Shown here piece by piece: positions 37,904 to 50,562 of a stretch of DNA of 64,000 bases. Within the stretch, counting starts at the first letter, position 1. Every line of letters starts with the position of its first letter. The DNA is from Selaginella moellendorffii. Taxonomy: Eukaryota; Plantae; Lycopodiophyta. The stretch is from contig NW_003314282.1 of the NCBI RefSeq assembly GCF_000143415.4, positions 1,259,374 through 1,323,373 of the forward strand. Direction: 5' to 3'. The position numbers were made by a program, and so were the translations under genes. The notes below the pieces were generated by a model. The model did not search any database, had not been told where the DNA came from, and saw only the letters and a program-made list of their open reading frames with translations.

Positions 37904-38455
37904 ACACAAGCATGCCTTTTTACAAGATTATCTTTCAGTCTTGAAATATGGTAGTGAAACAAAATTAACATTCTCACATTTTTGTATGCTATTACTACTC
38001 ATAAATTTTTTATCTTCCTTGCTTCCCATCTCTATGAAACCCTAAAGAATGAATAAGTGAATTAGTGTTTTAAATTATTTATGTACAATAAAATTTTTAG
38101 GTTCGTGCAAACTTCAATATTCCTATTTTTATTTAAGATAAAAAGGCCCAAAACCTTTTATGGTTTCACACAAACTTTTAATTCTGAAAACTACTCAATG
38201 AATATTTTATTATATAGGTCACATTAGAAATTACAAGTTTTCTCTATGATTTCAAGTTCACCAAAGAATAACATTTTTCTGACATGACATTTCCTCATAA
38301 GACTTATGATTGATTATGTTAATTAGCATTGACTTGACTCAACTCAAGTTTGGACCACCCCCTTATTAGACAGTAAATCCTCACAAAGATGGAAAAAGTG
38401 CATTATATGGGATATGGCTACAAATCTCCCACTCAAGAAACTCCTACTTGAGATT

Positions 38456-38666
38456 GGTCAACGTCGGTCAAAGGGAGGCTCAAGGGTATATTAAGGCATG
38501 TTAGGGTAAGGGAATTAACCTACCCTAGGGCTTACAGTGTGCAGTGGAGCTTTTGAGGTAGCTCGGGGGTGGTTGGGTGGTGAGGAACCTCAAGAGGTGG
38601 CGTAGTATAGTCTAGGGTGACTAGATCTCTGTCTTTTTGCGCCGAATCATAACATTGGTATCAGAG
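38456..38666 (+). mobile_element. Truncated LTR plus PBS of the same Gypsy family
   Basis: Homologous to 37405-37615; followed by TTGGTATCAGAG. Confidence 0.8.
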
Positions 38667-40260
38667 GACGCCAAGACAATGGAAAAGTCTCTAGGTTATT
38701 GTTTGAAACATATATAGTAGTTGTTAGCTGGAAAGTACCTGATAGAGCTTTGCTGCCATGCCACAACATGATCTCATATTTCTTGTTCGGTATTGACGTA
38801 TTGCACTTTCCCATAGGTGAAACAATACCTACAGCATCAGTGGGAAAAGATTTTCAGTGTAATCCAGGATTTCATGTTCCAAGCTCAGTACTTACAGCAC
38901 AAAGTCATCAGTGCTGCCTCCAGCGGCCATCGTTGTGTAAAAGCCATGGCTGTGGATCCTGCCATACTAGAGAGAACGCAGTGGTGGATCATGGCAAGTG
39001 GACATGGTGGGCTTGCAGAGAGTTGGTCTTTAATGGAAAGATGTCCTCAGCTTCCTGCTGCTAATATGGTGATGACAGAGGAGGTAACAAATTTTAATGG
39101 TTTATAATACTCAGGTGACAATGGATATAGTATCCTTGGATATTCTTGTTTGATGTTTTAGTATTAACAAAAACAGGAGCTTTACTTCAATCTGAAACTT
39201 TGACTCTTACAGAAGGAGGGATCTTTTCGTTCCTTGTCTCTTATGAGTGTTCAAGGTGCATTAGTTAGTTTTGTAAGACATTAGCTTTATAGCCTATAAT
39301 TTTAGGCTCTCTCTAGCTCCAAGTTCCTCCAAGTGAACCTCCCTAATTAGATATTTCCACCATGCTATGGAGATTCCTCAAATGGCACACATGGAGTGTT
39401 TTGACAGTTATTTCAACTATAACTGGATTGAGAACTTTGGAGTGGCTCATGATCAATTTCTTTTGTTTCAGCATAGGATTAGGCTGAATCACTGTTACTA
39501 TTTGAGAAGGTTTCAATTGATGTATTGGTGGACAATTTTCAGCAAAAGAGGTTTGGTAGATTACCAACTCCACTCCAAGCTTTTTGCATTCTGACAACAT
39601 CATCAATAATCTGTAGTAGATTGCTTGGCCAAGAGTATTGCCACATACAAGAAGCTTATCACCACAACTTTCATCCAAAGGTCGTAAGGTCGTAATTTCC
39701 CAACAAAGAATTTTCTTCACTATTTCACTGAGGGGGCACTGTCTTGTCTCTGGATAAAAAAAAGAGAATCAAAATCAAAAGAGAACTTTCGTAAATGTCT
39801 GGAAAACTTCCCTTTGTTGTGGAGCAACATCTGTGACGACAAAGAGGAGACTTCACTACATACCCACCGTATTCAAGGTCTTCTTTCAGCCTTGCAAGTT
39901 GATCCATGATACCGGCTATTTGCCTTGAGACATTTGCCGGATGTGGAGGATGATCCAAGTTCCAGCCAAGCTGCTTCTCCTCAGATCGTGGAGCTCAGCC
40001 TGGCACTTTGAGATCTTCCAGCCGGTTCTCATGCGCAAGAAAGAGAATCTACAAAGCAGTCGGCAGAGAAAATCTTCTTTCCATAGGATTGCTTCAAAGC
40101 ATGACCAACTTCAGCATAGGTGTACATTATATGGTGTTTCGTATTCAACTGAATATTCGGAAGCTTTTTGGATCACGCACATTTGGTCAAACAAATTTGC
40201 TTGGAGGCGGCTTGACGCATCCAAGCCAGAAAAATACCCATGAAACATTTAGAAAGTTCG

Positions 40261-40291
<31 letters not shown>

Positions 40292-40340
40292 GAGGATTGG
40301 AGCCTAAATCCAACGCTTTAGACCACTCGGCCAAGCTGTC
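40261..40340 (-). tRNA. trnL-UAG: tRNA-Leu (anticodon TAG)
   Basis: GACAGCTTGGCCGAGTGGTCTAAAGCGTTGGATTTAGGCTCCAATCCTCAAGGGCGTGGGTTCAAATCCCACAGCTGTCA folds as a type II cloverleaf with A and B boxes. Confidence 0.93.
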
Positions 40341-41805
40341 ATTTATTTGGCAAATCATTCTATTCAACGTAATGGAATTAACAATGCTTCAACGGGAAGA
40401 GCTCACATCTTATAATCACCAAAGTCATTTCCCTGGTTTTTGCTCTAGTTGCTTCGTTTTCTTTCCTGGCCTGGTCTAGACTGACGAGCTATCAGCCTCA
40501 TCCTCTTCCTCCAGGTGAGCAGGAAAGAAATATCTTCTTTCAATCTACAGATGGATTCTTCAGAACGCGGATCTTCGGTCTTGATCGGGCGATGTCACTG
40601 CACCATGTCCAAGCTCCCACCATAAACTCCACGATCTGATGGAGTTTCTGAAGGGAGAGGTCTGTTTCCTCTTTCCAGACAACTGGAAAACTAATAAGCA
40701 CCAGAAAGACAGCTCCAACATATGCTGGCTTAGAGAAAACTCGTATATGCAGAGGTATGCGTGCGCTAGAGAGGTGAGACGCTCAGCTTTAAAACTAGTG
40801 GCTTTTTAAGTTCCTGAGCGATTTCGATTTTCTTGTTTCTTGACAGATAAAGGACGCGAGGAAAGTTGGAAGAGACGTTCTAAAACACACTAAAGAATCC
40901 AGAAGCTTTTGCATAGGTTTGGATTTCCTCAATCTCATGGTTTTGTGCCAGCAGGCAGCAAATTAGCATTCTTGGCCTATTTCGAAGGGTGTGAACATGG
41001 AACTTGTGAATTAATATTAATATCTATATTTAGTTTAAAATTTCAATATATAAAGATTTTGGGAAAAGGCATCATATTAGGTTATTAACAATGTATGGAT
41101 TCTTTGGGAGATGGAGTCACAAAAGGAAGCTCGCAAGCTTAGGGAATCAGCACAAAGGTCGAAAAAAAAAACAGGATGGCTTCTCCGAGCGTTGCTGTCA
41201 TTGTCGCAGAGGATGAGAAATGGATCATCAAAATAATCAATTGTGGCTAGATTTTTTAAAGGGCTTACTAATAAGGGTGCCAGACTGAATTGAGCGATGG
41301 TTTTTTTTTATGTCTGTCTATAATGGTAGTGATGTTAGCAGCTGCTGGATCGTCATCAAAGAGGCGTCACCACCAGATCCATGCCCGCGGGCCCGCAAAC
41401 CCTAGTAACCAAGTATAGCCACGGTAGCTCCAGGGAGGATCTTACAGAAGGCGTGATTCGTCATTCCTCCTCCATAGCCGACGCGGCACACCGACGGGAG
41501 AACTTGCTGGAGTCGAGAGAGTCGAGAGTAGAAAAAATGAAGTTTCCCTGGTTTCCATTGGCTATATGATTAAAAATTTAGATTAATGAATCAACTATGA
41601 GAGATTCTTTAAAGGGATCATCGCCATCCTTGATTGAACCATGGATACTTAGCCTATACTGCACAGTCTCTAGCTCCGACTGAGGAATTCTATCATCACA
41701 CATCCATATTCCATCTTTCTGGATTTTTAAATTGTTTATAATCAATATTTCAAACTCTTCTTTTTCATGATTTTCAGATTATGCACCGAAAAATAACTAA
41801 TATTT

Positions 41806-41884
41806 GCCACGCGGCACGTTTCTAGCCGTCAATTTTAACGGTTGCGTGTCGGATGCCGTTTTGATGCCCGTCAAATCTGACGTG
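41806..41884 (+). promoter_or_regulatory. ACGT elements (T/G-box CACGTT at 41815-41820; TGACGTG at 41878-41884) upstream of the HY5-like gene
   Basis: Motifs seen directly; function inferred. Confidence 0.35.
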
Positions 41885-42187
41885 TTTGTGACGCGCCGGA
41901 CGGGCTGGCGTCAGGAACCCTAGAGTGGAGGAGTTTTCTTGGTGCTGGTGTTTCTCGCTTCCACAGCTCGGCATTGCCCCAATCGCGACGAGAGGACGCA
42001 TCCATAGCAATCGACGCGATGATTCTGAGGTACGCGACGAGCGAAACGGGAGATGTCGAGCCTCATTTCGCTTGGTGTTTTTTTTTCTTGGTTTTCTTGG
42101 ACGGGCGGGCGGGCGGGCAGGAACGATTGCTAGAAGTTCCTCTCTCTCTCTCTCTGCCTCTCCAGCCAGCTCCAGATTTGTTCCAGG

Positions 42188-42876
42188 ATGCAAGCAGCGG
42201 CATCAGCGTCGCCGACAATGCACAAGCAATTCAGCGATTTGATGGCTCTTCCCAACGCCGAGATGAAAGTGGACGGTAAGTTCTTTTGTTTTTCTTTCTT
42301 CCTTTTGTTTCTCTTCTTTCGCTCTTCGTTTTAGCTCTTGCATTGAGTAGAGGATTGGGCAGGAAATGAGAGTGACTCGGAAGTAAGAAAGGTCCCCGAC
42401 TTACCTGGAGGTAAAATCGTGACTGCGTTGCCAGAGCAAGACACGGCAGCATCCAATTCTCGCAAGAGGGGTGCTGTTCCTGCTGACAAAGAACACAAGC
42501 GATTGAAAAGGTACTCCCATCTTTCACTCGCAGTTCTAAGCTCGACTTCTTTGACAGTTTGTTTCTTTTCTCTAACTTGAAACAAGGCTTTCTTTGTGCA
42601 GACTTTTACGCAATCGAGTCTCGGCACAACAAGCCAGGGAGAGAAAAAAGGCTTACGTTGTTGAGCTCGAAGCAAAAGCCCGGGATTTGGAGCTCAGGAA
42701 TGCGGAGCTAGAGGAACGGGTAAACACGTTACAAAAGGAAACATTCATGCTGCGACAGGTGAAAAAAGCGAAAGTTTTTTTTTTCCTACATTGAATCAAA
42801 GCTTCCAAATTAATCGCAGATTTTGAAGAACATAAAGAACAATGGCTCCACTGCTGGACTAGAACAAGCACAGTAA
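42188..42876 (+). CDS. HY5: HY5/HYH-like bZIP transcription factor (exons 42187-42275, 42351-42510, 42602-42758, 42820-42876; possible in-frame upstream exon 42019-42029)
   Basis: [12 protein letters not shown] (VP motif); [32 protein letters not shown] plus leucine zipper; GT-AG introns keep the frame. Confidence 0.92.
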
Positions 42877-43126
42877 AAAACCAAAAACTTTACTTGAGGG
42901 GGCCAACGTAGCAACGAAAGTCGGCCACCACTGTAAGATTGTTTCTCCACAATCAGTTTTGGTAACCATCTTCTCGGCAGCCGCACTGTAAATTTGCTTC
43001 CTGTTTCATCACAGGAATTCTCTCTGCCCTCAACAGGGAAAAAAAAAAGAAGAAAGAGAAAGAGCTGTAAGTCTTCCCTTTATTGTATTGTAAGTTCGAC
43101 GAGCTCGCTATGTATCCGAAGTTACC

Positions 43127-44116
43127 TCATTGCAAAATGCCTTTCACATAAACCATGCCTTTCTCCATGAATCCCAGCTCCTTACGAAGCTGCTCGATTT
43201 GCTCGTCATCGCCTTGGACCAATACATCTGTGGAAGACTCATCGTCGGCCACCACGAGCTTTACTTGGATTTCCTCTTTTCGAGATGCATTCGTCCAATA
43301 GTAAGCGCCACTGCATCAGTTTCATGAGTGACCTCTAACGAGAAACTTAAGAAATCTGTGACAAACTTACGCGAGGGGACTGAAAGCCGTGAGCCAATAC
43401 CACTTGTCTCCTACCACTGGAACTGTGATCGTGAGTACCAAAGCTGCGCTAGCTAAGCTCAAAAACGTGCAAAAGATGATGAAAGCAGCTTGGCCCCGGC
43501 TTGGAACCATCAGTCCTTCGAATCTAGAACACGGAAACAAAATGACGGGGATTGCTGGAAAGCAGAAGCAAACGTTTACCTGACTACTTCACCGCTGTCG
43601 ACAATGGTGAAGTTGTTTCTGGTGAAAAACGATGAGATTTCACCAGCAATTTGTTTTGGTGCTTTGCCACTCTCTTGAGATGGGCCAGGAACTACGTAAG
43701 TCTTCCGGACTATCTGAAAGGTGAAAAGAGATTATTTAGTTTTCAGATACTCAAAACAGTACCTTAGATTTTGCCGAGCGTTTGATGAGCGACCAGAGAC
43801 CCGGCAATGCGAGCACGAACAATCCCAGCGAAGTGTAATAACTCGCGGCCGAGTAGCCAGGACCTGCTTCTTCCGCTGCCATGGCTATGTCCGATTGAAA
43901 AAGTAGCAAAGGAGCATGTAGCCCGAGGAGTGTGGCGCACAGCCCGGCCTTCTCATCTTCTAGGCGTCTGGCTCGAATCCTCGAAGACTCTGATGTTTCT
44001 TCCAGCAGAGACGAACAAATAGTTACCTTGTGTGACCGGCATAAGGGAGTCCTTCTCGGCTGAATCTTTGGAACTAGTGACAAAGATGGCAATTGCAATG
44101 CCCATGACTTTGCCAT
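43127..44116 (-). CDS. CCB1: Cofactor assembly of complex C subunit B, CCB1, chloroplastic (multi-exon)
   Basis: Transit-peptide-like start; YSAASYYTSLGLFVLALPGLWSLIKRSAKSK|IVRKT..FEGLMVPSRGQAAF..YYWTNASRKEEI..EKGMVYVKGIL. Confidence 0.9.
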
Positions 44117-44270
44117 TGTCAAGACCTTTGTGTGCGTCCCATAGATCTCAGTTATTTCCTTACCTCGTTAGAAATATCCATGGAAGAAGAAATGCCTTTG
44201 CATTAACCGGTACTTAATGCTAACAGTGGTGGATAAACTCAATCGCAAGGAAAACAAAATCTCCACGAGC

Positions 44271-45132
<862 letters not shown>

Positions 45133-45803
45133 CTAGCTTCGTAAGATCCATCCACGGCCGCGCTCGCTGATCCAATCGATCAATCGATCGATCAAGGATC
45201 GATCGCCCGACGATCTCCACGAAAGAAGATTTTTACCTCACTGCCTTGGCGCTTTGCGTTCTTTCTTCCACGCTTGACCGGACAAGACAGGAGCCCTAGC
45301 TAGGACAACCGCCAATTGGCACATCCAACCGTTGGCATAGTGCCCATCGTCACCATCCACGTGGCGGTTTGTTCTTTTTGGCCAATGGCGGGGCTAGAGG
45401 CCTGTGGTGCTGCCAAATGGCGGCATTCCGGAAGAATCCTTTTTTAACTCTTTTAGCGGCCATATGGCACATATTTGAAAATCGCTATGGACGGCAAGGC
45501 GCGAGGAGGTAGTATTGTCGCATTCCTCGGCTATCACATTCTTCTATCTAGCGCTAGGGTTTTAGGGCTCTCTAGACTCTCGGACAAGATTCTTCACGGC
45601 GAGTTCTCTCGGTGCCAGATTCTCTCCGCAGTCCCAATCAAGCACGGCGTTGAGAATCTTCCAGTGATCGAGCACGGCACGCAGAGAATCGGGGTTTTCT
45701 TGTGATATTTCGTTGTGATCTAGTAGGTTCTTGGCAGAAATCTTCCACTAGGCGCGAGAAATTTCGCGAATCGATCGGATTCCAGGATTCGTTTGGCTCG
45801 AGG

Positions 45804-47858
45804 ATGGCGGATTTCTGGTACTTTAGCAAGCGCAGGAGGATCATGAAGCTCAAGAGGCCGTTTGCGCTGCTCCATGCCGCGAACCATCATCAGACGTATC
45901 CAAGCCATCCGGGAATGCTGCTAGTGAGGGACTTGATCGAATTGGCACACCAGGTTTCGGTTCACGAAAGACCACAGGCGTGCTACCGGCACTGCGTTTC
46001 GGGGATTGTCCGGCGGGTGAAGCTCTTGGGTCCATTTTTCGAGGAGATCAGGGATGCAAATCCACCGCTGCCTCCGTCAGCAGTTTTGGCTTTTAGGAGT
46101 ATGCACGAGTTCCTCGCCAAGTGTAATCTCCTCGTGGATTCGTGTAGCCAGAGCAGTAGCAGAACGTGGGCGATGGTGAGCTCCACAGAGACGATCCAAA
46201 AGTTTGAGGTGGCCAACGAGGAGATGGCCGCGGCTTTGGAGGTAATTCCGCTAAGTTTGCTGGAGATTTCGGACGAGATAAAGGAGCACGTCCTGCTCTT
46301 GAAGTTGCAAAGCGCTAGAGGCTGGTGCAAGGCTTTAGATCCCGGGCAGGAGCTCCTCAAAGCCGAGCTATGCGATCTTATGGAAAGAGGTGACGGACCA
46401 TCATCAGACGTTTCCCTCGAGAGACTCCAGAAGCTCTTTGCTGGCCTCGGCTTGAAAAATTGGAGCGACTGTAAGCTGGAACTTACGGGACTGCTGGAAG
46501 AATTGAGAGAGAAGGTCGCGTCCAGAGACAAGGTGGCATACTCGACATTGCGAGGTTTGATACGTCTCGTCCGGTCCACAGCAAGGCTCTTGTATGGAGC
46601 TGGGGAAGAGGCCTTCGAGGAGACTATGGCCGAGCTTGATGGTTTCAAGGAGAGAGTCGGAGTTCTTCCAGACGAGTTCCGGTGCCCGATCTCCTTGGAA
46701 CTTATGAGGAACCCGGTGACCATTGCGACCGGTCAAACATACGACAAGGAACACATCCAGAAATGGATTGCTGCCGGTCACTTTACGTGCCCCACAAGCG
46801 GCCAGAAGCTGATACACCTCGGCCTCATTCCAAACTACGCTTTACGAAGCCTCATCTTCCATTGGTGTGACGACAACAACGTCAGCCTCGAGTTATTCGA
46901 CGCTGGCTTTCCCGACGACGACATTTCCAACTCGAGAGAGGCTCTCGAGATCGCAAAGACCACCTCGGCATTTCTCGTCGGCAAGCTGGCCACAGGCTCG
47001 ATCGATGTCCAGAGACAAGTGGCTTACGAGCTTAGACTACTCGCGAAGAACGGGACGGGGAACAGGATCTGCATTGCGGAAGCTGGCGCTATCCCTTTCC
47101 TGGTCCCGCTGCTCGCGTGTAATGACTCCAAGACCCAAGAGAATGCTGTCACTGCGCTGCTCAACCTTTCGATCTACGACAACAACAAGAAGCTGATCAT
47201 GGCCGCGAATGCTTTGGACCCGATACTCTCGGTGGTGGAACAGGGACTTAGCATGGAGGCTCGGCAAAACGCTGCGGCGGCGATCTTTAGTCTGTCCTCC
47301 ACGGACGAGCACCGGATCCGGATCGGCAGCAGGGCAGTGGCGATCCCGGCGCTGGTGACGTTGCTGCTGGAAGGATCGCTCCAGGCGAAGAAGGACGCGA
47401 CGAGCGCGCTGTTTAATCTGCTGCTCTATCCGGGGAACAGGGCCAGGGTGGTGAACGCGGGAGCTATCGAAGTTTTGGTGGCGATGCTCTCGAAAGATGG
47501 CGATGTCCAGGACGATGCGTTGGCGGTGCTAGCTCTGCTAGGAGAGAGCAACGAAGGATTGAAAGCTCTCAGCGACGATCTACTGGCGATTCCGCTGCTG
47601 GTGAATCTGCTGCGCACTGGGAGCGTCAAAGGGAAGGAGAACTCGCTGTCGGTGCTTCTGGCGCTGTGCAAGCACGGTGGCGACATGATCCGGGACTGCC
47701 TCATGGTGGAGCAGCAGACGCAGCAGGAATCGCGAGACATGAGCTCCGGATCGTCCAGTGCGCTGCTTCTGGAGAGCTTGCAGGAGCTGATCGCGTCTGG
47801 ATCGCCTCGCGCGAGGAGGAAGGCAAGGTCTCTCCTCAAGTTCTTGTCCGTACGTTAG
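45804..47858 (+). CDS. PUB: Plant U-box E3 ligase with UND, U-box and ARM repeats; intronless; start codon uncertain (45804 or 45844)
   Basis: PDEFRCPISLELMRNPV..GQTYD..CPTSGQKL..LIPNYALRSLI; ARM repeats (QENAVTALLNLS, AKKDATSALFNL). Confidence 0.93.
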   Translation: MADFWYFSKRRRIMKLKRPFALLHAANHHQTYPSHPGMLLVRDLIELAHQVSVHERPQACYRHCVSGIVRRVKLLGPFFEEIRDANPPLPPSAVLAFRSMHEFLAKCNLLVDSCSQSSSRTWAMVSSTETIQKFEVANEEMAAALEVIPLSLLEISDEIKEHVLLLKLQSARGWCKALDPGQELLKAELCDLMERGDGPSSDVSLERLQKLFAGLGLKNWSDCKLELTGLLEELREKVASRDKVAYSTLRGLIRLVRSTARLLYGAGEEAFEETMAELDGFKERVGVLPDEFRCPISLELMRNPVTIATGQTYDKEHIQKWIAAGHFTCPTSGQKLIHLGLIPNYALRSLIFHWCDDNNVSLELFDAGFPDDDISNSREALEIAKTTSAFLVGKLATGSIDVQRQVAYELRLLAKNGTGNRICIAEAGAIPFLVPLLACNDSKTQENAVTALLNLSIYDNNKKLIMAANALDPILSVVEQGLSMEARQNAAAAIFSLSSTDEHRIRIGSRAVAIPALVTLLLEGSLQAKKDATSALFNLLLYPGNRARVVNAGAIEVLVAMLSKDGDVQDDALAVLALLGESNEGLKALSDDLLAIPLLVNLLRTGSVKGKENSLSVLLALCKHGGDMIRDCLMVEQQTQQESRDMSSGSSSALLLESLQELIASGSPRARRKARSLLKFLSVR

Positions 47859-47968
47859 TGTGAAATTTATAAACTTCCCCTGTTCAGCCTTGGGAATTCT
47901 TCTTTCTGGCTCTTGCTCGGTCTCTAAATTCCTTGGTTAATAGAAGAGAGCACAAACAAAAGAACTTA

Positions 47969-48040
47969 CGGATTGTCTAAATGGTCCACGATCCAAGCAC
48001 GAATGGCGTCCCCTGGAGCTGTTGGGAGATGTCCTCTTGT
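47969..48040 (-). pseudogene. Half TALE-class homeobox exon (helix 1 and loop)
   Basis: RGHLPTAPGDAIRAWIVDHLDNP ends at a GTAAG donor where TALE genes have P|YP; no intact helix 3 downstream. Confidence 0.5.
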
Positions 48041-49732
48041 TCCAGACAGCTCCCCGTTGCGAAGATTGTGCTTTAATGTGTTTCTCTTACAGCCCATCCT
48101 GTGGTTGTAGGTTTGCTCCATAGGGCTGTTCTCTGGACTGGAAGCGATGCGTGTTTTCTTCACGACCTCTAGCTCAGTGTAAGAACTTCACTTCGAAAGA
48201 GGCCAAGAATGAGAGTCCGCTGCCTGGTGAAAACGCCTTGCATCAACTGGGGGAGATTCAAACCTGACTGCAGGAATCCGAGAGAGGATTAGCATTCTGG
48301 ATTCTCTCGTGTGTTTCCTCCTAGTGGATGAACATCTCTTACCTCTGCAAGAAAAGAGCTTTCTTCTCAAGCCGGTGAGACCAATTACAGTCCTCAACAT
48401 ACTTACCGAGCAAACACATAAACGCATAAACTTAGATTATATGTTTAATGCTATGAACTCCAGCATGGCAACAGATGCCATCAGGAAAGTGAAACAAGGC
48501 TATGATCCCTCACTTGACTTTGTTTTTTAACAACTGCTTTCTAGCTTTGCATTTTATAAGGTTGCCAAGGATTTGCTTCCCTTAAGAAGGATTAGAAATC
48601 AGGTATTGCTAAGCTTATGTGTTGTAGGTTTGTGATTTTAGTGCTAAACTTTTATAGCCTCAAGGTTTGAAGTCACTTGAAGAGGTGCAGCACTTCAAAG
48701 ACTTCAAAGAGGATGATATTAAAGAAATATGTGGAAGCTACGATGGACACGGATGACTCTATGCAAATATACATAATCAAAAGACGCACCTCTAGCCTAG
48801 CAGTCATTCCAGTTTTTTTATATCCACAGCCAATCTAGAGTGGACTTTCTCTCGCTGGAGCAACTCCAGCGACTCGCGAGCTACAGTGTTGCTGCATTTA
48901 CGCAAGCACGATGCCATGCACGTGATTCTGCAGCTCATAGAAACTCTTTTCTAAACAATCACAGTGGCTCTTCATCCAAGCCAGTCTACGCCACAGTTAC
49001 TTTAGCAGCTCCCACGTTTTGCTCATGTCCGTGCTCGCAGATTCCGCGTTCTCACCAAAAGTTGGAATTGTTTCACTTGGTAAGAACGATTCTGATCACT
49101 GCCATATAGCAATTTGCTGTCCTCCTCTGTCCAGCAGATACAGCCCAGCCCACGAAAAACTCGCGTAGAAGCACCCAGCTTTGTAGCCTGCTTCCTGAAT
49201 TCACATCCAAAGTGAGCTATATGAAACTACTTGTTTGTAACAATGAACCTGTTTGGATAGTTCTTGCTTTTTATGAAATACGAACTCACTCCAGGAAATC
49301 ACACTGCCGGGTTTCCAAAGAAAGGCCAGCCGTAGTCGGGACCGGGTCGGAGTCTCGTTTATACCGGTGCCCGCACGCTGAAAGTCTTAAATTGCATCCT
49401 CCTAGTGAAATCTGCTTTCCCAAGTCGAAAAAGGGGCTCCCATGATCAAAGCGATTTCCACCATATTCTCTCGAGTCTTGCTGAAAGCTAATGAATCCCA
49501 GATCTTGAAAGAAGAACTCTGGAAAAATATATAGGAGAGAGATCTTTCAATGAAAGACCACTCGGTTTTTATTTAAACTTGGGAAATGTGGTGAAAAAAT
49601 GCGACAAGATAGAGGATGACATTAAGCTCAAGACTCTGAAAAGAAAATCGGAGAGTGAGCCACTCAGTTTTTATTGGAACTGGCTGCCATAGATCTATAG
49701 CGGCACGCATACACATCCACATCCACACCATT

Positions 49733-50242
49733 TTACAGGTTGCCAGAAGTGAGTGTAGACTTGGGGCACATCTTGGTGCAGCCATAGCCATTCTTCTCAC
49801 AGCAGTAGTGCTCCACACCATTCTCGCACATCCACATGCAGCCATATCCATTCTTGAGGCAGCATGAGTAGTTTTTGGATGAGTCACAATTTTGCATGCA
49901 CCCATAGCCGTTCTTGAGGCAACAGTAAGTGTCACCCACGACGCTTGTTAGCACTGCAAAAACAAACACATGGAAACAATGAGCTTAGCTCCTGGCCATG
50001 GGTGAATATAATGCTGAGCTACCTTTGTTTTCCACCATAGTAGCCATATATCTTGAATCGTGCATCGCATCCACCCCTTCAGCAAGGATCGTTACTGTGG
50101 AACAAGAACACACATTTTATGGTAGATGTATGCAAATAGGACTTTGCTAAAATGTACCTCCATCATAGACACGAGCAGCATTGGTAATTGCTAGAAACAG
50201 CAATGGCAGCACAAGAACGGAAGAAACTCGAGGATAGGCCAT
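49733..50242 (-). CDS. Secreted Cys-rich peptide precursor, ~125 aa, three CC-x-KNGYG-C-x3-C repeats (exons 50158-50242, 50023-50094, 49733-49953)
   Basis: Signal peptide MAYPRVSSVLVLPLLFLAITNA; two phase-1 GT-AG introns keep the frame; TATA box (CTATAAAT) about 70 bp upstream. Confidence 0.8.
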
Positions 50243-50562
50243 AACTATCTGAAGCAAGCTAACAAGAAACAAACAAAGAAGGATGCGATAGAAAGAGGCT
50301 TGGATGTGCTCAATTTATAGAAGGATTAGATTCTAGAATTCGGGAGAATATTCTTTTCAAAAAATTGTATTTAACATTAGCTTTTATTTTATCATACGTC
50401 TTAAGACTTTTTTCTATTGTATTCTACATAACTAGGGACAGTGACAGCTAATACTATGTATCAATACAATTACATTGACTTGTCCCTGCAAAACTTATTG
50501 TCTTGGGTTCGATCTTATCTTCAATGAACACTATACTATTGCATGCGGCCAAGAACGAGCTC

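Noticed and set aside
38700-39960. Exon-like ORFs on both strands (38817-39084 plus, 39343-39958 minus)
   Set aside because: No recognisable domain or coherent gene model
45983-47839. Long antisense ORFs over the U-box gene (similarly 54375-55250 over the PPR gene)
   Set aside because: Shadow ORFs of GC-rich coding sequence with no motifs
47941-47955. AGAAGAGAGCAC, resembling miR156/miR529
   Set aside because: Only a partial match, no precursor hairpin, and it is the pyrimidine tract of an intron-like segment on the other strand
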